DNA of 63,460 nt, counting the filler, from Octopus bimaculoides (lineage: Eukaryota), in assembly GCF_001194135.2 (NCBI RefSeq). It is 5 parts of 5 records of this genome, joined end to end, with 100 filler letters (N's around TTAATTAATTAA, not from the genome) between each part and the next. Parts side by side here need not be neighbours in the genome. Positions count along the whole stretch, not along the records: positions 1 to 21,145 come from NC_068984.1; positions 21,246 to 45,351 come from NC_068999.1; 3 more parts are not named here. One strand, 5' to 3'. The notes under the pieces are model-generated. The model worked only from the letters and a program-made list of their open reading frames with translations. It had not been told where the DNA came from and searched no databases. A program made the position numbers and the translations under genes. Below, piece by piece: positions 11,091 through 24,016 of this stretch. Positions within the stretch are counted from its first letter, which is position 1; the number at the start of each line of letters is the position of its first letter.

Positions 11091-11884
11091 ACTCCATTCA
11101 TAGGTGTGTGGTGTGTTTTTCACTCATATTGTCTCTAAGGATAATTTCTCTCCCGAGACATTTCCATCACGGAAGGCCTTTCCAATTTTGGGTGGATATG
11201 CACGTGTTAAATCTAACTATATTCTCTTATATTCCAATGCAAGTTGCTTAGTGCACCTCAGGTTAATACGTTAGTAGTGTTACAATTTTGCGTATTGATT
11301 ACATCAGAATTGAGATTACACGACCACCAAAGACAATTTCAAGGCTTAGCCTTTCCAGGCCATTTATGGGCAGTTATTAAAGACTTCAGTCTGGTTGTTC
11401 GGTCAACAAATGCATCCATCTGTGACTGTACTGTATGACGCACAAATATTGCGAACGATGTCAGGGTTCACAACAAAGGGAAAACATATTTAAACATTAA
11501 ATAGAAATAATTTGGCAATTAAAATATAGTCTAAGCAATTTCAAACGAAGCAACAAATACAACAAGCGAACCATGTTTAAAATAGTCGAAGTGAACAATT
11601 AAAAAAAAAATTCCAACTTTAGAATTCATTACAACCAAATAAAAGCACATTTCTAGGAGTTACGTCACATAGCTTGCTAGTTTGCTACTTAATTTCTTGA
11701 ACCATATTTAGTAAAATAAAAATGAGAAGAAAAATGAGGTACTGAACAATGACAAAATTACCACTGTCCAATAATACAACAGTAATTGAAACAAAGGGAA
11801 AAAAATTCTATTGAAGTACAAACGTTAATGAGTTTACCAACGTTACGAGCAAAGCACATTTATTACCATTCATTTATTTCATTC

Positions 11885-12010
11885 AAGGCGGCGAATTGAC
11901 AAAGTAGTTTGAACGTAGGACAAAACGGTTTGCGATATCTGTTCTAGCTCTCGGCTTACTCGGCTGAAATATCGCCAAGGTCAACTTTGTCTCTTATCCT
12001 TTCGGGTTGA
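11885..12010 (+). mobile_element. Decayed SINE family A copy
   Basis: aaggcggcgaattgac head and aaggtcaactttgtctcttatcctttcggg core. Confidence 0.7.
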
Positions 12011-12055
12011 GTAAAAGATACTTGTTCGGAGGCGGTTTATTAATGGAAATGTAAG

Positions 12056-12285
12056 GCGGTGAGCTGGCAGAATCGTTAGAACGCCGTGCGAAATGCTTAG
12101 CGGTATTTCATCTGCCGTTATGTTCTGAGTTCAAATTCCGCCGATGTCGACTTTGCCTTTCATCCTTTCGGGGTCGATAAATTAAGTACCAGTTACGTAC
12201 TGGGGTCGATGTAATCAACTGAATCCCTTTGTCTGTCCTTGTTTGTCCCCTCTATGTTTAGCCCCTTGTGGGCAATAAAAAAATA
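12056..12285 (+). mobile_element. SINE family A, intact copy with 11-bp target-site duplication
   Basis: Full head-core-tail; GGAAATGTAAG at 12045-12055 and 12286-12296. Confidence 0.92.
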
Positions 12286-12599
12286 GGAAATGTAAGTGTA
12301 TCGAGCAGGGTGGGGGTCATGTAGTAATTATGTCGGCTCTTAGCGTTTTGTGGTCTTGGACGGCAGATATATTTCGTTGCTCAGTTTAATTTCACCATCT
12401 CGTCCATGGGTGCCTTTTGTAGAGTTTACTTAGTTCCAAATATTTGGTCTATATCCTCTCTTTGGGAATAACCTCTTGTCTTCATCCTACAGACCTCGAG
12501 AGCCGTCCCTTTCTGACTAAACGGTAGAAAAATGAAGTGAAGTTAAAATCAAAGTTTTGATCAGCTTCTAAAATATTCTAGCGTGCTTGCAAAAATTAT

Positions 12600-12970
12600 G
12601 AGTTCCATCTCCAGATGAGCTCCTCATTTCGAGACATATCACAAAAATAAAAGGTAAAGAGTAAAGACCCCCATCGGTCATGATTGACCACATGATTGTC
12701 TCTAGAAAGTTACCCTTCGAGGCACAAATCCAGACAAGGTTGTTTATGGAAGACCAGCAGTCACCCATGCATACCACCCTCCCCTACCTATGCCACTAAG
12801 TTTATCCATAGGAAAAGCAAAGGCTGATACAACCTGGCACCAATGCCGACGCGACTCATTTCTAGAGCTGAGGGAAGTTCAAGAACACAACACACAACCC
12901 AGTCTGGGAATCGAACTCACTACCTCATGAATGTGAGCCCGATGCTCTAACCACTGAGCTATGCACCTTC
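12600..12970 (-). mobile_element. tRNA-headed SINE (family C-related head, different body)
   Basis: Reverse-complement head gtgcatagctcagtggttagagc...gagttcgattcccagac, also seen at 45800-45912(+). Confidence 0.75.
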
Positions 12971-13439
12971 AAAAAGAACCCATTGTGTTTCCAGTTTTAA
13001 AAATGTATATACGAATTTTATATGGTTCATTGTAGTGAAACTCATCAAATAGTAATAAGCATAACTTTGTCTCGCATCGATGAGAAATGTTACTTGCGAT
13101 AGACCACTGATCTGAACTGAAAATGATATTTCACTCAGTAACATACTTAACAAAAATCGGAAATGAGTAACATATCGTTTACTTTGGGGGAAGAATAACT
13201 TATTTCAGGGTGACTTACGTGAAAAACCTTGAATACAGTCTGTTTTAGTGTTGGATTATTTCTTTCTCTAAACGAATAGTACAATAAATACGGTATTCTG
13301 GTGAATTGAATCAATGTCACTAATACTACGTAGTTATTTAAAATGTAACACAAGCTTTGGGAAAGAATTAAGGTGAGTAAAATAATTAAACGAATGCAGT
13401 ATTGCTATTCAGAGGATTTTTAAAAGAACATCATTTTGG

Positions 13440-13620
13440 CAGAGACGTTAGAAGGTCGGAAAAAACGCCTTACGATTTGTAATATTTGTTCCAGCTGTCC
13501 ATTAGCTGAGTTCAAATGCAGCCCGAAGTCGCCTTTGAATTTCCGGTTCGATATAATAAGGTATAATAAGGTACTCATCCAGGAGCAACAGACTAGCGCA
13601 ATGGAGGGGATGTTTGTCGG
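13440..13620 (+). mobile_element. Strongly decayed SINE family A copy
   Basis: ggcagagacgttag, gagttcaaatgcagcccgaagtcgcctttg, aaggtactc landmarks. Confidence 0.6.
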
Positions 13621-13726
13621 CATTTGTTATGGTTCTTTACTTTCTGAAATCTTGAGTGGATCACAGAGTAAGATCGTCTTGCAATATTTCTCTCAATGAA
13701 CATATAATGTATAGACATACATTTCT

Positions 13727-13763
<37 letters not shown>

Positions 13764-13789
13764 TATATATATGTAAATAAATATCACGA

Positions 13790-14460
13790 ACTACTTAGGA
13801 GTGAAATTAAGAAGAACTATAAGGTTGTAAATAAAAACATTTTGAGGTCTATATACTTGGAGACCAAACAAATAATGGCAGAATATAATATAGACGACAG
13901 AACAGAATCTTTTCTACCAAGGAGACCTAAAATTATTTTAAAGGGCCATAAAGAAAACTTCAAAACTAACCCAAAATTTAGGTTGATTTGCCCAAGTAAA
14001 TTTGACCTAGGAAAATTAAGTAAAATTCATATAGATAAGTATATAACTATACTTAAGAATAAATTAAGATTAGTACTTTGGTCCAACATACAAGAAGCCA
14101 ATATACTAGTTTAATAACATTGAATACAAAAACAGAAATAAATTCTTCCAAGTAGATATTGATAATTATTCTTTCACTAATCCTAAAATATTAAACAAAG
14201 CACTTTTGTTCGCCAAAACAAGTCAAACCTTACTATGATGGAAATTAATATTATTTTAGAAGCTAAGAAATCTATTATTTCCTTTGACAATAAATACTAG
14301 GTTAGGAAGGATTCTAATGATTGTTTTGATGTAACAATGAGATCAGCTGACTCCGCACAAGTAACTGATTTCGTTGGAATATACATTTTATTTAACTTGA
14401 GTAAAGAATTTCCTGACCTTGTGGGAGGATTATATAGAGATGATGCACTTTTCCAATTAT
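13790..14460 (+). mobile_element. Penelope-like retroelement reverse transcriptase remnant (pseudogene)
   Basis: LKGHKENFKTNPKFRLICPSK, FFQVDIDNY, FDVTMRSADSAQVTDFVGIYIL and GGLYRDDAL (YRDD at 14433-14444) with frameshifts and stops. Confidence 0.9.
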
Positions 14461-14464
14461 GAAT

Positions 14465-15226
14465 GAAGGATTTATTGCACATCTTAAAAGAGAAACCAAA
14501 TATCCAAGTGAACTGATTTCTTTTCATTGTATTTTACATCAGCAAAATCTCTGTGCAAAATCTGTCATTTTAATGACACTTTGCATTAGGTTATAAGTAT
14601 TGTGAACTATATTCGAGCAAATGCTACAAAGCATCGTCAATTTAGAAGCATGCTGATGATGGATGATGAAGTAATTAGTGTAGATTTGCTTTATCACACA
14701 AAAGTACGCTGGCTGTCACAAAGGAAAGTATTGGTCAAAATTGTATCTTTACGAAAGCAAATAATTGACTTTTTCAAAGGAAGCAACAAACATTGTGATT
14801 TATCAGATCTAAACTTTTACAGAGATGTTGCATTTTTATGTGATGTTATATCAAATCAAAATTAGTTAAACATTTCGTTGCAAGGCAGAAATAAATCTAT
14901 TTATGATATGTGGCAAAAAAATTCAGCCATTTAGAAAAAAGTTGTTGTTTTTCAAGTCTCTTTTGGCTAAACCTAAACTTTCAGAGGAACACTTTCCTCA
15001 GTTTACTAAAGTAATGAGTGAAAGTGAAGATATCTCTGGATCTTTTGCTGAATACAAGTCAGTTTTAGACTCATTAGTAGAAGAATACAACAAAAGATTC
15101 AGTGATTTTGAAAAGCATAACATCACTCTGAAACTTGCTTTTCAGCCTCACTTAGTTGATGTACTAAAGGCTCCCGAATAGTTAGTTACAAATGAAGCTT
15201 ATTGAAATGTCTGAATATAATATCCT
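14465..15226 (+). mobile_element. hAT transposase remnant, SPIN/Charlie (GTF2IRD2-like) type
   Basis: HCILHQQNLCAK (14525-14560), LLYHTKVRWLS, LNISLQG, EEYNKRFSDF; several stops and frameshifts; runs into an N-gap. Confidence 0.9.
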
Positions 15227-16169
15227 NNNNNNNNNNNNNNNNNNNNNNNNNNNNNNNNNNNNNNNNNNNNNNNNNNNNNNNNNNNNNNNNNNNNNNNNNN
15301 NNNNNNNNNNNNNNNNNNNNNNNNNNNNNNNNNNNNNNNNNNNNNNNNNNNNNNNNNNNNNNNNNNNNNNNNNNNNNNNNNNNNNNNNNNNNNNNNNNNN
15401 NNNNNNNNNNNNNNNNNNNNNNNNNNNNNNNNNNNNNNNNNNNNNNNNNNNNNNNNNNNNNNNNNNNNNNNNNNNNNNNNNNNNNNNNNNNNNNNNNNNN
15501 NNNNNNNNNNNNNNNNNNNNNNNNNNNNNNNNNNNNNNNNNNNNNNNNNNNNNNNNNNNNNNNNNNNNNNNNNNNNNNNNNNNNNNNNNNNNNNNNNNNN
15601 NNNNNNNNNNNNNNNNNNNNNNNNNNNNNNNNNNNNNNNNNNNNNNNNNNNNNNNNNNNNNNNNNNNNNNNNNNNNNNNNNNNNNNNNNNNNNNNNNNNN
15701 NNNNNNNNNNNNNNNNNNNNNNNNNNNNNNNNNNNNNNNNNNNNNNNNNNNNNNNNNNNNNNNNNNNNNNNNNNNNNNNNNNNNNNNNNNNNNNNNNNNN
15801 NNNNNNNNNNNNNNNNNNNNNNNNNNNNNNNNNNNNNNNNNNNNNNNNNNNNNNNNNNNNNNNNNNNNNNNNNNNNNNNNNNNNNNNNNNNNNNNNNNNN
15901 NNNNNNNNNNNNNNNNNNNNNNNNNNNNNNNNNNNNNNNNNNNNNNNNNNNNNNNNNNNNNNNNNNNNNNNNNNNNNNNNNNNNNNNNNNNNNNNNNNNN
16001 NNNNNNNNNNNNNNNNNNNNNNNNNNNNNNNNNNNNNNNNNNNNNNNNNNNNNNNNNNNNNNNNNNNNNNNNNNNNNNNNNNNNNNNATATATATATATA
16101 TATATACATATGTATATATATATATTCACATTATAGTCTATTTCCTCTTGTTTATACATACCACTGTAA

Positions 16170-16400
16170 ATATTGGTTACAAATTTTGGCACAAGTCTAG
16201 CAATTATGGGAAAGAGAGAGAGTGTAAGTCGATCACATCGACCCCAGTGTACAACAAGTACTTATTTTATCGACCTCGAAAAGGATGAAAGGCAAAGTCG
16301 ACCTCGGTGGTATTTGAACTCAGAACCTGAAGACGGACGAAATGCTGCTAAGCATTTATCCAGACGTAGTGACGTTTCTGCCATCTCGTCGCCTTAACCA
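16170..16400 (-). mobile_element. SINE family A copy
   Basis: tcgacctcgaaaggatgaaaggcaaagtcgacctcgg core; head cgccttaa at ~16397. Confidence 0.85.
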
Positions 16401-16787
16401 CTGCAAATACTAATAATTAATTTTTTCATATTGACTACCAATACTTGAAAATTTATTAAAATTCTTCATTTCTTTTATATTTTACTCACTTTAGTTTTCC
16501 TATATATATTTAAACTTGTAATTTGAATTAGATACTTGTATAGCTATGGAGGGAACGTCTAGTTCATCCTAAACGATACTGGATTTTGAATATGGGGAGA
16601 CTAAAGATAGTAAATACATTTCTGCCATATCTCTGACCTACCTTTCGCTGATAATGGTTTCTAATTTTCACCAATAATTATATTAATGATAAAGCAAGTT
16701 AAATTTGGAGCATAGACATAAAAGAAGAATTCGGAAGCAAGCAAACTGGATTTGTATGATAAATTACAAAAACATATATAGTTGTTA

Positions 16788-18229
16788 ATGATGACGATGA
16801 TGATGATGCTACCGCTGCTGCTGCTGCTGCTGATGATGATGATGATGATAATGACAACGATGGTGACGATGATGGTGGTGATGATGGTGATAATTATGAT
16901 GATGAAAAACAAGGAAATATGGAAAAATAAAGGCGAAACGAGACAAGACAAATACGAAGCAAAAATTACAAGACACGCACATATACACATTTGTGTGTGT
17001 ATGTGTTTTTATGTGTGTGTTTGTGTGCGTGCGCATGTTTGTATGGGTGCGGATGAGTTTAAGAATGTATAAACGAAAAAAATGACTAGAACCAAAAAAA
17101 AAAAACGGCAGATCGAAGAATATTCCGAATGCCATAAGGAAAGAAGAATAAAAGCAAAAGAATGAGGAAGAAAAGCAACACAAGGAAGAGGTGGAGGAGG
17201 AAAGGGAGGAAGGGGAGAAGAAGAAGAAGAAGAAGAAGAAGAAGAAGCGAGAAGAGAAAGAAATAGGAGGACGAGAAGAAGAGGAGAAAGAAGGAGAAGA
17301 TGAAGAAAAAGAACAGGAAAGAACAGGAAGAAGGAGGAGGATAATAAGAGGAAGAAGAGGAGGGAGCAGGAGAAGTGAAACAAGAATCAAAGACAAGAGA
17401 AGAGGAAATTGAGGTTAGAGAGGAAAGTAGAGAAGAAGAAAAGGAAGAAGGAAAATAAGAAAGGAAAGGAGAAGGGAAGGAAGAATGGTAAGGAGAAGGA
17501 AAGGATGAGGAAATGAAGAAGAAGGAGAGGTAGAAGAAGAAGAAATAGTGAAGAAGAAAGGAAAGAAGGGGAGAAAGAAGAGAAGAAGTAGTGAAGAGGA
17601 AGGAGAAGAAGAATCAGAAGAAGTAGAAGTAGAAGAGGAAGGAAAGGAAGGAGAAGAAGAATTAGTGAAGAAGGGAAAGAAGAAGTAGAAGCGGAAGGAG
17701 AAGACGAAATAGTGAAGAAGAAGGGAAAGAAGAGGAAGAAGAGAAGAAGTAGAGAAGAAATAGAAGTAGAGAAGAAAATGAAGAAAAGAAAAAAGTGGAT
17801 GAAAAAGAAGTAAAAGAAGGAGAAGGGGAAGGAAGAAGAAAAGAAGAAATGTAAGAGGAGGAAGATGGACGAGGAGAAGAAGAGGGGAAGTTGGAGGAGA
17901 AATTAAAGAAGAAAGAGGAGAGAAGGAAGAGGCGGAGAAGTGAAAGAAGAAAGAGAAAGAAGAGGGGAGGAAATTAATGTATGGAAGGTGAGGGAGGAAA
18001 GTAGAGAAGAAGAAAAGGAAGAACGAAAAGGAGAAAGTAAGGAAGTGAGTAAGGAGAAAGAAAGGAAGACGAAAGAAAGGATGAGGAAGTGAAGAAGAAG
18101 AAGACGAAAAAGTAGAAGAAGTGGAAGAAGAGGAAGATGAAGAAGAAGACGAAAAAGAAGAAAAAGAAGAAAAAGAAGAGAAAGAAGAAGACGAAAAAGA
18201 AGAAAAAGAAGAAGAAGAAGAAGAAGAAG

Positions 18230-18261
<32 letters not shown>

Positions 18262-18290
18262 GAAGAAGAAGAAGAAGAAGAAGAAGGAAA
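16788..18290. repeat. (GAT)n/(GCT)n tracts followed by a ~1.2-kb purine-rich (GAA/GGA/GA) low-complexity tract
   Basis: Plus strand 17080-18290 is almost only A and G, ending in near-pure (GAA)n; source of poly-S/F/L/E ORFs. Confidence 0.95.
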
Positions 18291-18736
18291 ACACCAAGCT
18301 TCATTCAAGATATGTTACTATGCCAGCTTCTTTCTACCCGACCCTGCATAACCAACAGCTACCTGTTATTGTCTTCTGCTGTGCATAAGCAAAAAAAAAA
18401 CAAAAACAAAAAAAAAACGAGGTTCTTAACTTGTATATTTCTATATTCCTTGTTATGTGCCTTTGGTTTATGGCTCTGTGGGTAATAACCATATAAATTC
18501 TATAGAACAATCCCGGCGAAAGCAAAACATATAAAGAAAAGAAATTCCTCACGCACGTGTATGTCTACATATACACACGTATATAATACTTATATACTAT
18601 ATGTAAATATATATATTTGCAATTATATTTATGTACAATATATATGTAAATATATATAAAGACATACGTATGCATGCATATATGTATGTATACATATATA
18701 TATACAAATATGTATATATGGATATAAATATATATG

Positions 18737-18779
<43 letters not shown>

Positions 18780-18824
18780 GTATATATATATATCTATATA
18801 TGTGTATATATATACATACATACA

Positions 18825-18859
<35 letters not shown>

Positions 18860-19756
18860 NNNNNNNNNNNNNNNNNNNNNNNNNNNNNNNNNNNNNNNNN
18901 NNNNNNNNNNNNNNNNNNNNNNNNNNNNNNNNNNNNNNNNNNNNNNNNNNNNNNNNNNNNNNNNNNNNNNNNNNNNNNNNNNNNNNNNNNNNNNNNNNNN
19001 NNNNNNNNNNNNNNNNNNNNNNNNNNNNNNNNNNNNNNNNNNNNNNNNNNNNNNNNNNNNNNNNNNNNNNNNNNNNNNNNNNNNNNNNNNNNNNNNNNNN
19101 NNNNNNNNNNNNNNNNNNNNNNNNNNNNNNNNNNNNNNNNNNNNNNNNNNNNNNNNNNNNNNNNNNNNNNNNNNNNNNNNNNNNNNNNNNNNNNNNNNNN
19201 NNNNNNNNNNNNNNNNNNNNNNNNNNNNNNNNNNNNNNNNNNNNNNNNNNNNNNNNNNNNNNNNNNNNNNNNNNNNNNNNNNNNNNNNNNNNNNNNNNNN
19301 NNNNNNNNNNNNNNNNNNNNNNNNNNNNNNNNNNNNNNNNNNNNNNNNNNNNNNNNNNNNNNNNNNNNNNNNNNNNNNNNNNNNNNNNNNNNNNNNNNNN
19401 NNNNNNNNNNNNNNNNNNNNNNNNNNNNNNNNNNNNNNNNNNNNNNNNNNNNNNNNNNNNNNNNNNNNNNNNNNNNNNNNNNNNNNNNNNNNNNNNNNNN
19501 NNNNNNNNNNNNNNNNNNNNNNNNNNNNNNNNNNNNNNNNNNNNNNNNNNNNNNNNNNNNNNNNNNNNNNNNNNNNNNNNNNNNNNNNNNNNNNNNNNNN
19601 TATGTATATATATGCATATGTGTGTATATATATGTGTGTATAAATGTGTGTGCGTGTGTATATAGTCTATATTTCTTTTCCTTAATGTCTTTGTCAGTTT
19701 CCTTATACCTTAAAAAAAAAGAAAAACAAATATAGACAAAACAATATAAGGTATGA

Positions 19757-19787
<31 letters not shown>

Positions 19788-20874
19788 TGTGTGCATGCAT
19801 GCATATATGTATGCATGTACGTAAACAGAACTATTAAAAAAATAAAACGCCACATGAAATACTTCATATAAAGAAATAAGACGAAGAACTGATGCTAATT
19901 TTAGTAAAATATTTTTTGGGGGTATCCTGTCTTGTATGTATTTTATTATTATTATTATTATTTGGCATGTGTTTCTTTATTCTTTATGTGGAGAAGAATG
20001 GTTGAAGAGATATCTGTGTTTTATGTTTTCGTTTCAGGGAAACACCCATGCATAGCTTTGGAATTTTTTCCCCAAACTTTTTGAGGACTGCAGTTAGTGT
20101 ATTGCATGTATTCATTCACTTTTTTATGGTTTATAATGTGTGTGTGTGAATATGCATATATATATACATACGCACATCCATATGTATTTCTATATATACA
20201 TATATACATAAGTATAGATGCATGCATATATATATGTATATATATGCACGTATATATATATTATATATATATATATGTATGTATATGCATATGTATGTGT
20301 GTGTATTTATATGTATGTATATAAATGCATATTTTACCTTGAAACAAGTTGATTTTCAGAAAACTGTAAATTTATGAACCTTCAGGAAGTTTCAGAAAGC
20401 CTAACTTTCATAGTTTTGTACAAGTGTGTATTGTGTGCATATGTGCATATATGCATGCATACAGGCATACATACATGCATGCATACATATAGGCAAACAT
20501 ACATATATACATCTATGCGCAAATGTCTCTATATAGATGTGTTTGTGTATGTATCCGTTAGTTTGTAAGTATGTGTTTCTTTGTATGTGTGTCTCTTTGT
20601 TCTTCCTCAGTCAAACTTATATTTCTTAGCAGAAACCATTGAACAAAGGACGAAATTAAATATCTCAGATAATTTATTTTCCATCTCTGCTTATTATGAG
20701 TCAAAACTCCTATTTCTTTTTCCACTACTCCGAAGTCACTCTACTCAGCGTAAGTAATGTATTAAAGTCGATTAATTTAGCTAATAATTTTTTAACGTTT
20801 CTCTGTTTTGTGCGCAAATTTTCAGTGTTCGCGAACACTATATACAATGGAGTCATTATTATCATTTTCATTTA

Positions 20875-21075
20875 AGGCGGCGATTTAGCAGAACCATTAG
20901 CGCCTCGCCATTTTTTGCCAACTCTATTACGTTCTAAGTTCAAATACAACCTAGGGCGACTTTGTCTTTCATCTTTTCGGAGTTTGTAAAAATAAGTAGC
21001 AGTTGTGCACTGGATCCCATATAATCGACTAACCTCCCCTTACCCTAAAATTGCTTGATTGTTCTCAACATTCGA
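20875..21075 (+). mobile_element. SINE family A copy (decayed)
   Basis: taaggcggcgatttagcagaacc head; gactttgtctttcatcttttcgg core. Confidence 0.8.
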
Positions 21076-21360
21076 AAATATGATTATTATTTAAGATAAA
21101 TATAATTTTCTTTACAATAAACGGAACAATTTTCGTTATAATAAANNNNNNNNNNNNNNNNNNNNNNNNNNNNNNNNNNNNNNNNNNNNTTAATTAATTA
21201 ANNNNNNNNNNNNNNNNNNNNNNNNNNNNNNNNNNNNNNNNNNNNTATGTGTGCTTATGTGTATATATATATTTATATATATACATATATCTGTTTCTAT
21301 CTATGTATATATGCATATATATGTATATATGTATGTATCCCTCTTTCTCTCTCTTTGTAT

Positions 21361-21408
<48 letters not shown>

Positions 21409-21967
21409 GGGAGAGAGAGAGAGAGGAGAGAGAGAGAGAGGGGGGAGATAGACAGACAGACAAACAGACAGATAGATAGGTAGCTAGCTAGATAGATAGA
21501 TTGATGGATGCGGTCATTCATACGTAAGTAGATGTTAGTAAGTCGAGTCATGCAAGTTTATATATCTATTTGCAAGTATATATATATCTTGCGTATACAT
21601 GTATATATCTGAAGATTTTTATAAACACAAAATTCATACACATATAAATTTAAGCATGTGTACACAGACGTGTGTGTAAGTGCATGCGTTTATGTGTATG
21701 TAAAAACAGATATAGACACAATTTATACGTATATATAGTTGGTTTTATACAAACTAATACATATGTGTGTATGATTACTGATGAGTAGATGTCTGTGTGC
21801 ACATATTTCTTTAGATGTATGTGTGCATGTGCTTATATGTTTGTCTTTATATGTGAGCGTGTATATGTGTATAAATAAGCGAGCTTATGAATGTATATCG
21901 CCTTCATTGCCTCACATTTTTCATTTAATCTGAACAGAAGTTGATGTTTCTCGAATTAGTATATATA

Positions 21968-23166
21968 CACGGTGCATCAAATTTTGAGGTCATTTGTAGG
22001 AATTTAGAAAAAGACGCGTAGGCCATCAAACGAAAACGTTATTTGAAATTGGTACAAATAATCTTGAGAATTCTTTTATCACACCTATTCAATGAATCCA
22101 CCGTTAGCGCCAAAGGCTGCTTCAGTACGGGATCAAAAGTGTTGACATGCGAGAATCATATGATCTCTATGAATTTTGAATATATTGCTGGTTATGGTGG
22201 ACTTTAATGATTGTATGGAGTCATGGGGCGTTGATTGACCTCTCTCTCGACTACGCTCCATACATAATAGTCCACTGGATTGAGGTCCGGTGAGGTAGGA
22301 TGCCATGTGCCTGGAAGATCATGATGATGGAGATTGGCTCGCATCTACACTTGGATTATTCTAGCCTTATGAGACGGTACAGAATCATGTTGGAAGATAT
22401 ACGGTCGTCTGTAGAGTATCTGTCAATCCAGGGATTAAAATGTTTCTCCACCCCTCTGGGTAGACAGTAGCATTGACTCATATATCCCGTGAAAAAAGTG
22501 AGCAAACATGACATCTCCTGGTAACTTAATATGCATGGCCGTGAGAATCTGATTTGGATCTGTCCAAAACCATTTGTCAGTCCTTCGATTTACCTTTTGG
22601 ATCTTTTTCTCATCGGAGAAAAACGAAAGCATTCCAACCTCTTGGTGTTTTAACTTCTTTAGTCAGCTCTCTGCACAGATCGAACTCTTGTCACATCCGA
22701 CATTAACTAACCTCTCCGTATCAGACTTATGCTGGATGTCCTCATGCGCAAATCTTTTGATGGAGAATTCTGAAACCTTCGGGTACTTTACAATAGCTCT
22801 GAAATGACTTAGCGGGGTTTTTATCAAACATTTCTTGGACTTTCTGAACAAAGTTATGTGTTCTGATGGTATTAGGACACCGTGGAAGCGTTTTGCGTTT
22901 AGCTGCTGATGTTGAGCCTCCATCATCAGCGAGGAGCTCATCTCGAACTTTGACAACGAAGGCTCCGGTAACTTTCAGGAAGCAAGCTATCTGTCTTTTA
23001 CTATGCAGTGCTCTTAAATCAAAGACTTCAGAGTGCATTTTCATTCGCGGCATCAACCTAATGTCTAACAATATTTATCTGAAAAGTAAAGTAACATAAA
23101 TTTAGAAGTAAGTTACATTTATACAGTTATCGAAATAGGTGTCCTGAAAAAAACTGACATACCATA
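21968..23166 (-). mobile_element. Full-length decayed Tc1/mariner element, maT (DD37D-like) type
   Basis: FFSDEKK..KVNRRTDKW and a PQSSGLLCM/LNPLDY-like region on the minus strand; 18-bp degenerate TIRs cacggtgcatcaaatttt vs tatggtatgtcagttttt differing only by transitions; TA on both sides. Confidence 0.8.
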
Positions 23167-23340
23167 TATATATGTGTGTGTGTTTGTGGGTGTGTGTGTG
23201 TAAGTGTGTGTGTATGTGTGCATGTGTGTGTATATACGTGTGTGTGTTTGCGTGCGTGCGTGCGCGCGCATAATGTATGTATATGTATAAGTATGTAGAT
23301 ATATGTATGTATATGTATATATATATGCATATGTTGGTAT

Positions 23341-23396
<56 letters not shown>

Positions 23397-23816
23397 GCAC
23401 ACACTTATAAGTTAAGGGCATAATCATAAAATCATAAGTAAGATTCAGTAGTATATATATATATATATATATNNNNNNNNNNNNNNNNNNNNNNNNNNNN
23501 NNNNNNNNNNNNNNNNNNNNNNNNNNNNNNNNNNNNNNNNNNNNNNNNNNNNNNNNNNNNNNNNNNNNNNNNNNNNNNNNNNNNNNNNNNNNAAAAAACG
23601 GGGGAAAATACACAAAAAAAAAAACGCGAGGACGACGCTAGAGAAGGAAAGAAAAGGTATTTTTCGTGTTTCAAGCAAATGTCTTCTTCAGAAAGTCCAA
23701 GAGAAAGGGAAGACGGAGAAAAAAAATTACCAACATTCTACATGTGGTTACATCTCCTTGGCCCCAAGGCCGTATTTTGTTCGACTGTTCCACCTCGTCC
23801 ACCGTCCACCGTCCTA

Positions 23817-24016
23817 TCACACTCTCTGTTGTTTTGCTTGTTTTGTGTTGCTTGCACTTGTTCCTAATTCTACGCAAGAAGGCCTCTTTTTGCATGCACC
23901 GCCAGTTGGGAAGCACTCAGTCTTGTTGTTAAAGGTGCGAAACTGAACAGTGCCATTGATCGATAAGTAATGAAGAATTATGGACCCTCTGTTCGTCTCC
24001 CGTTCGTTTTTACATT
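23817..24016 (-). CDS. Candidate coding exon, Cys-rich, unidentified
   Basis: gtgtacag acceptor, phase 1; open frame CKNERETNRGSIILHYLSINGTVQFRTFNNKTECFPTGGACKKRPSCVELGTSASNTKQAKQQRV*; unique, CpG-richer sequence; the opposite strand also has an open frame. Confidence 0.4.

Noticed and set aside
15182-16200. Long X-containing ORFs spanning N-gaps (also 18565-19800, 41269-43371, 44308-45179, 48358-49429, 54705-55574)
   Set aside because: Open only because N codons are not stops
16809-18351. 195-297-aa S/F/L/E-rich ORFs
   Set aside because: Products of the purine-rich low-complexity tract; no splice or domain support
20630-20749. Plus-strand 120-nt phase 1-1 open exon candidate (AG...GTAAGT); also 39576-39603 (+), 13268-13219 (-) and a 26-nt candidate near 20340 (-)
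   Set aside because: Peptides unrecognisable, strands inconsistent; such signals are expected by chance in AT-rich DNA
21146-21245. TTAATTAATTAA island inside N runs (also 45352-45451, 53144-53243, 60791-60890)
   Set aside because: Always exactly 44 N + 12 nt + 44 N = 100 bp with stops in all six frames: a synthetic scaffolding linker, not biology
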